DNA of 64,000 nt, taken from Scyliorhinus canicula (lineage: Eukaryota). The notes beneath the pieces are model-generated. The model saw only the letters and a list, made by a program, of their open reading frames with translations. It was not told the DNA's origin and ran no database searches. A program made the translations under genes and the position numbers. The stretch is taken from contig NC_052148.1 of the NCBI RefSeq assembly GCF_902713615.1, positions 81,746,966 to 81,810,965 of the forward strand, given 5' to 3'. Below, piece after piece: positions 61,221 through 64,000 of the stretch. Position 1 is the first letter of the stretch, and every line of letters starts with the position of its first letter.

Positions 61221-63455
61221 GGACTCTGGTTTTCTTTCGTTAGATCGTATCCAGAGTCTTATTTTGCCTTTGTTAGTTTTCTAACCACTGCTCAGAAAAA
61301 CACTTGGTTATTCCTCTTCAGTAAGAACTCTAACCCAGAAGATGTAAAAAACCTAAATCATTGCATTGTTTTATTTATAAGGTATTATGGACAGAGGTAA
61401 GTCCAAGAATGGATATTCTTTTCCAGCCAGTTACAAACAGAATTCAGTGTGAAGTTTAACTCCAAGTAGTCTGCGATTGAGGGTGAGAGAAACACTAGGT
61501 TACAGGTTCATGCATAACATGACATTACTTGGAACCAAAGGTCCAAGATGGAGCAGGTTAACCTCACTTTGACTCATTGGGCGTGATTTAACGAGCAACC
61601 CGCTGTGTCTTTCGCGGTGGTGGTTGGTGGTGGGACCGAACAGCTGGAAAGTTCCAACCATCGATTCAATACACCAGAAACTATTGCCAGAAAGGAAGGC
61701 TTAGCTGCACCATTCATAAGGATAAGTTCAAAGAAGCTCTAAAACTTTACTCCTTGTACATATATACTGAGAAATAAACTGTCTAATCTCACGCTGTAAA
61801 CTTATAGGTTATCTAAGATAAAAACTTAAAATAGCCACTTTAATTGTAATAAACTCAGGCTAATGCTATAATTGGCACTTGCTTTAATGAACGTGACCAT
61901 GTGATCCATTAAAATGCCAGTGCAACTTCTACTTATTTTAAAGAATTATTACTGTATATTGTTCAAACTGATAGAAGAATCTAAGTACCTCACATCAGTT
62001 AATTGTTTGTGTGCACTCATGTTTGCATTGGGTTGTGATTTCATCAGTTAATGAATTGTTTTCCAGCTTCTTAAATGGTTTGGCATGATGCACCAATTTA
62101 ATGCACTTTGTGGCGTGTGTGCAACCCCTAATCAAGGGTTGGAAATTTTGATTTGAACTGGTTATTATTAAGCAGTTCAGCAAGCCGATTCAGGCATCTT
62201 TTAAATCTGGACCGAATCGGGATGGTAAAACCCCAGCCAGTCCCTTAGCAAACAATGAAACAAGGGAAAGAATTGTCTATTTCTCAATACACTTACTGAG
62301 ACACTGACACTCACATGCTCCTCGTCTTGTCAGGCCTCATTTGCGATCAAGTTAACTGTTCTTAATTTATGATAGAGTTGCCAAGGAGATTTACTTTCTT
62401 TATAACAATTGTTTCCCACTTTCCTGTATTTTTCCCACAGAAACAACCAATGCAACAGCTGATCACTCAACAGAATGTTAATATTAATCTTTCACCATAA
62501 AACTGTCCTTGGGAGTCATTCAAAAGAACCTTGCAGATGCTGTCAGCTTCTTTAATACTGACTCAATCCTAAAGGGTTTGTTGCTTTATCAAAAGGTTAT
62601 GGCATGAAATCGACAATAGAAAATGGATTTGAGAAGGTTGAAATGGAGAACAGAAAAAGATGGAAATGCAGGGTTGGTAGTCAGCAACTGAAATGGAAAG
62701 ATAGGTTAATCTTTTGCATTACCAGTATTTAATATGGAGAGAACAAACATTTCCAGGGAATGAACTCTTCAGGCTGGATTATTTTCTCTTTATGTCCTCC
62801 TTTGCAATGGCCCACTCGCCCCTGCTTCACTTCATGTAGGACATCAAATGTGTAAAGTTATATGTGTCCGGGATTTGTTCCAACATGTGGGAGTATTTAG
62901 CCTTTATTCAGATTTTAACGTAAGTCACATAATATCATGGAAGTTGTATAAGTAAATATACTCGTTTAGTGCCATGCCACTTGGCCATTCACAAAACCCC
63001 TCCCCCAGTTTGCGACAAAACAGGACATTTAATACAAATTGAACCTTGAGTTGGTCCTTTTATCTGTTGTCTGAAACCAAGCTTTTTCCAACAGCTGCTT
63101 TCTTTCACTGTCAAAATCTTGTGCCTTTTCCCATGAGTAATCTGTGGTAACTGACTATGGTGCAGATATCTGATATTTTTACAAACAAAACACTATTATG
63201 AGAGCTCACAGGACTACAAGCAGAACTGAACTTTAAAGAAAGCCATGTTTTTTTTTACTAAATTAATTTAACGGTGAAATTGTATGAAAAATTAAATGGA
63301 AATATTCCAGAACATTGGACAAGGTCAACAGTCAGTGGTGATTTACACTCCATCCAAACATGCTACAGATTTACAAGGTATACTTTCAATTTTTCATATC
63401 CAATATGACTTAAATATTTTGTAAATGCAGAAAAAGAATTCCTGCAATGAATGTT

Positions 63456-63628
63456 AATAATAATTGCTTATTGTCACAAGTAGGCTTCCCTGAAGTTACT
63501 GTGAAAAGCCCCGAGTCGCCACATTTCGGTGCCTGTTGGGGGAGGCCGGTATGGGAATTGAACCTGCGCTGCTGGCATTATTCTGCATTGCAAGCCAGCT
63601 ATTTATCCCACTGTGCTAAACCAGCCCC
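63456..63628 (-). mobile_element. tRNA-derived SINE (same family as 8965, older)
   Basis: Reverse-complement homology to 8965-9148. Confidence 0.78.
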
Positions 63629-64000
63629 ATATATAAATGGAATTAATTTATGCTAACTTGCATTAGATACAGAGATTTCTGTAGTGGTAAATGTTGGATT
63701 GAACTGCATATTTCATTCTTTACTCGTTACCTGTTAATTAATACATATGTATATTCTATCAATCATTCATACAGCAGTTAAATTTACTTACTCGCCGAGT
63801 TTAGTGCCCTTCTTAACTGAGTCACTGCTGAATGTTTTCAAACCAATTGTTTTAAGTTTTTATAAGCCCACTTACTCCTCACACTCTTCTCCTGAAAGCA
63901 GTGAGTCCAGTTCTTATCCAAGTGTCCATTCTTCATACTTGAGCAAAGGTGGAGAGTAGACGAGCATCACAACCAAGTCCAGTGCTGTTCTCTGAACATC

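Noticed and set aside
63780-64000. Minus-strand GTAAGT donors near 63875 and 63790 suggesting an exon
   Set aside because: All three upstream frames hit stops within the window and the peptide is unrecognisable; it cannot be supported without flanking sequence or RNA data.
1-64000. CRISPR arrays, operons, rRNA or prokaryotic defence systems
   Set aside because: Vertebrate-type repeat content; no regularly spaced repeat-spacer array or rRNA motif was seen.

Overview
This is eukaryotic, repeat-dominated DNA, almost certainly a shark or other elasmobranch, based on abundant HE1-type tRNA/V-domain SINEs, HER1/CR1 LINE pieces and a DeuSINE. I recognise no host protein-coding gene, so the window reads as intergenic or deep-intronic. 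Main contents: (1) a young, full-length L1-clade LINE (9547-15718, minus) with a 13-bp target-site duplication (TSD), intact ORF1 and a single homopolymer frameshift in ORF2, inserted in a solo LTR that sits in an older LINE; (2) several Gypsy-type LTR elements, deleted or nested up to five levels deep, with readable TSDs and primer-binding sites (PBS); (3) a decayed PIF/Harbinger transposase and many GC-rich MITEs, some with 3-bp TSDs; (4) a single-ORF LINE family with a tRNA-like 5' head and its bipartite SINE; (5) CR1, Rex/Babar, L2 and Penelope-like fragments. The most unusual signals are: a Gypsy element whose PBS position is complementary to its own LTR poly(A) region instead of a tRNA; one SINE head carrying different tails with different insertion signatures (CR1-, L1- and Rex-type); an ORF1-less LINE with Pol III-like boxes; a solo LTR containing an internal tRNA-Arg PBS; and a degenerate minimal hammerhead ribozyme. 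All calls are by eye, family names come from recalled motifs rather than database searches, and boundaries of old elements are approximate.
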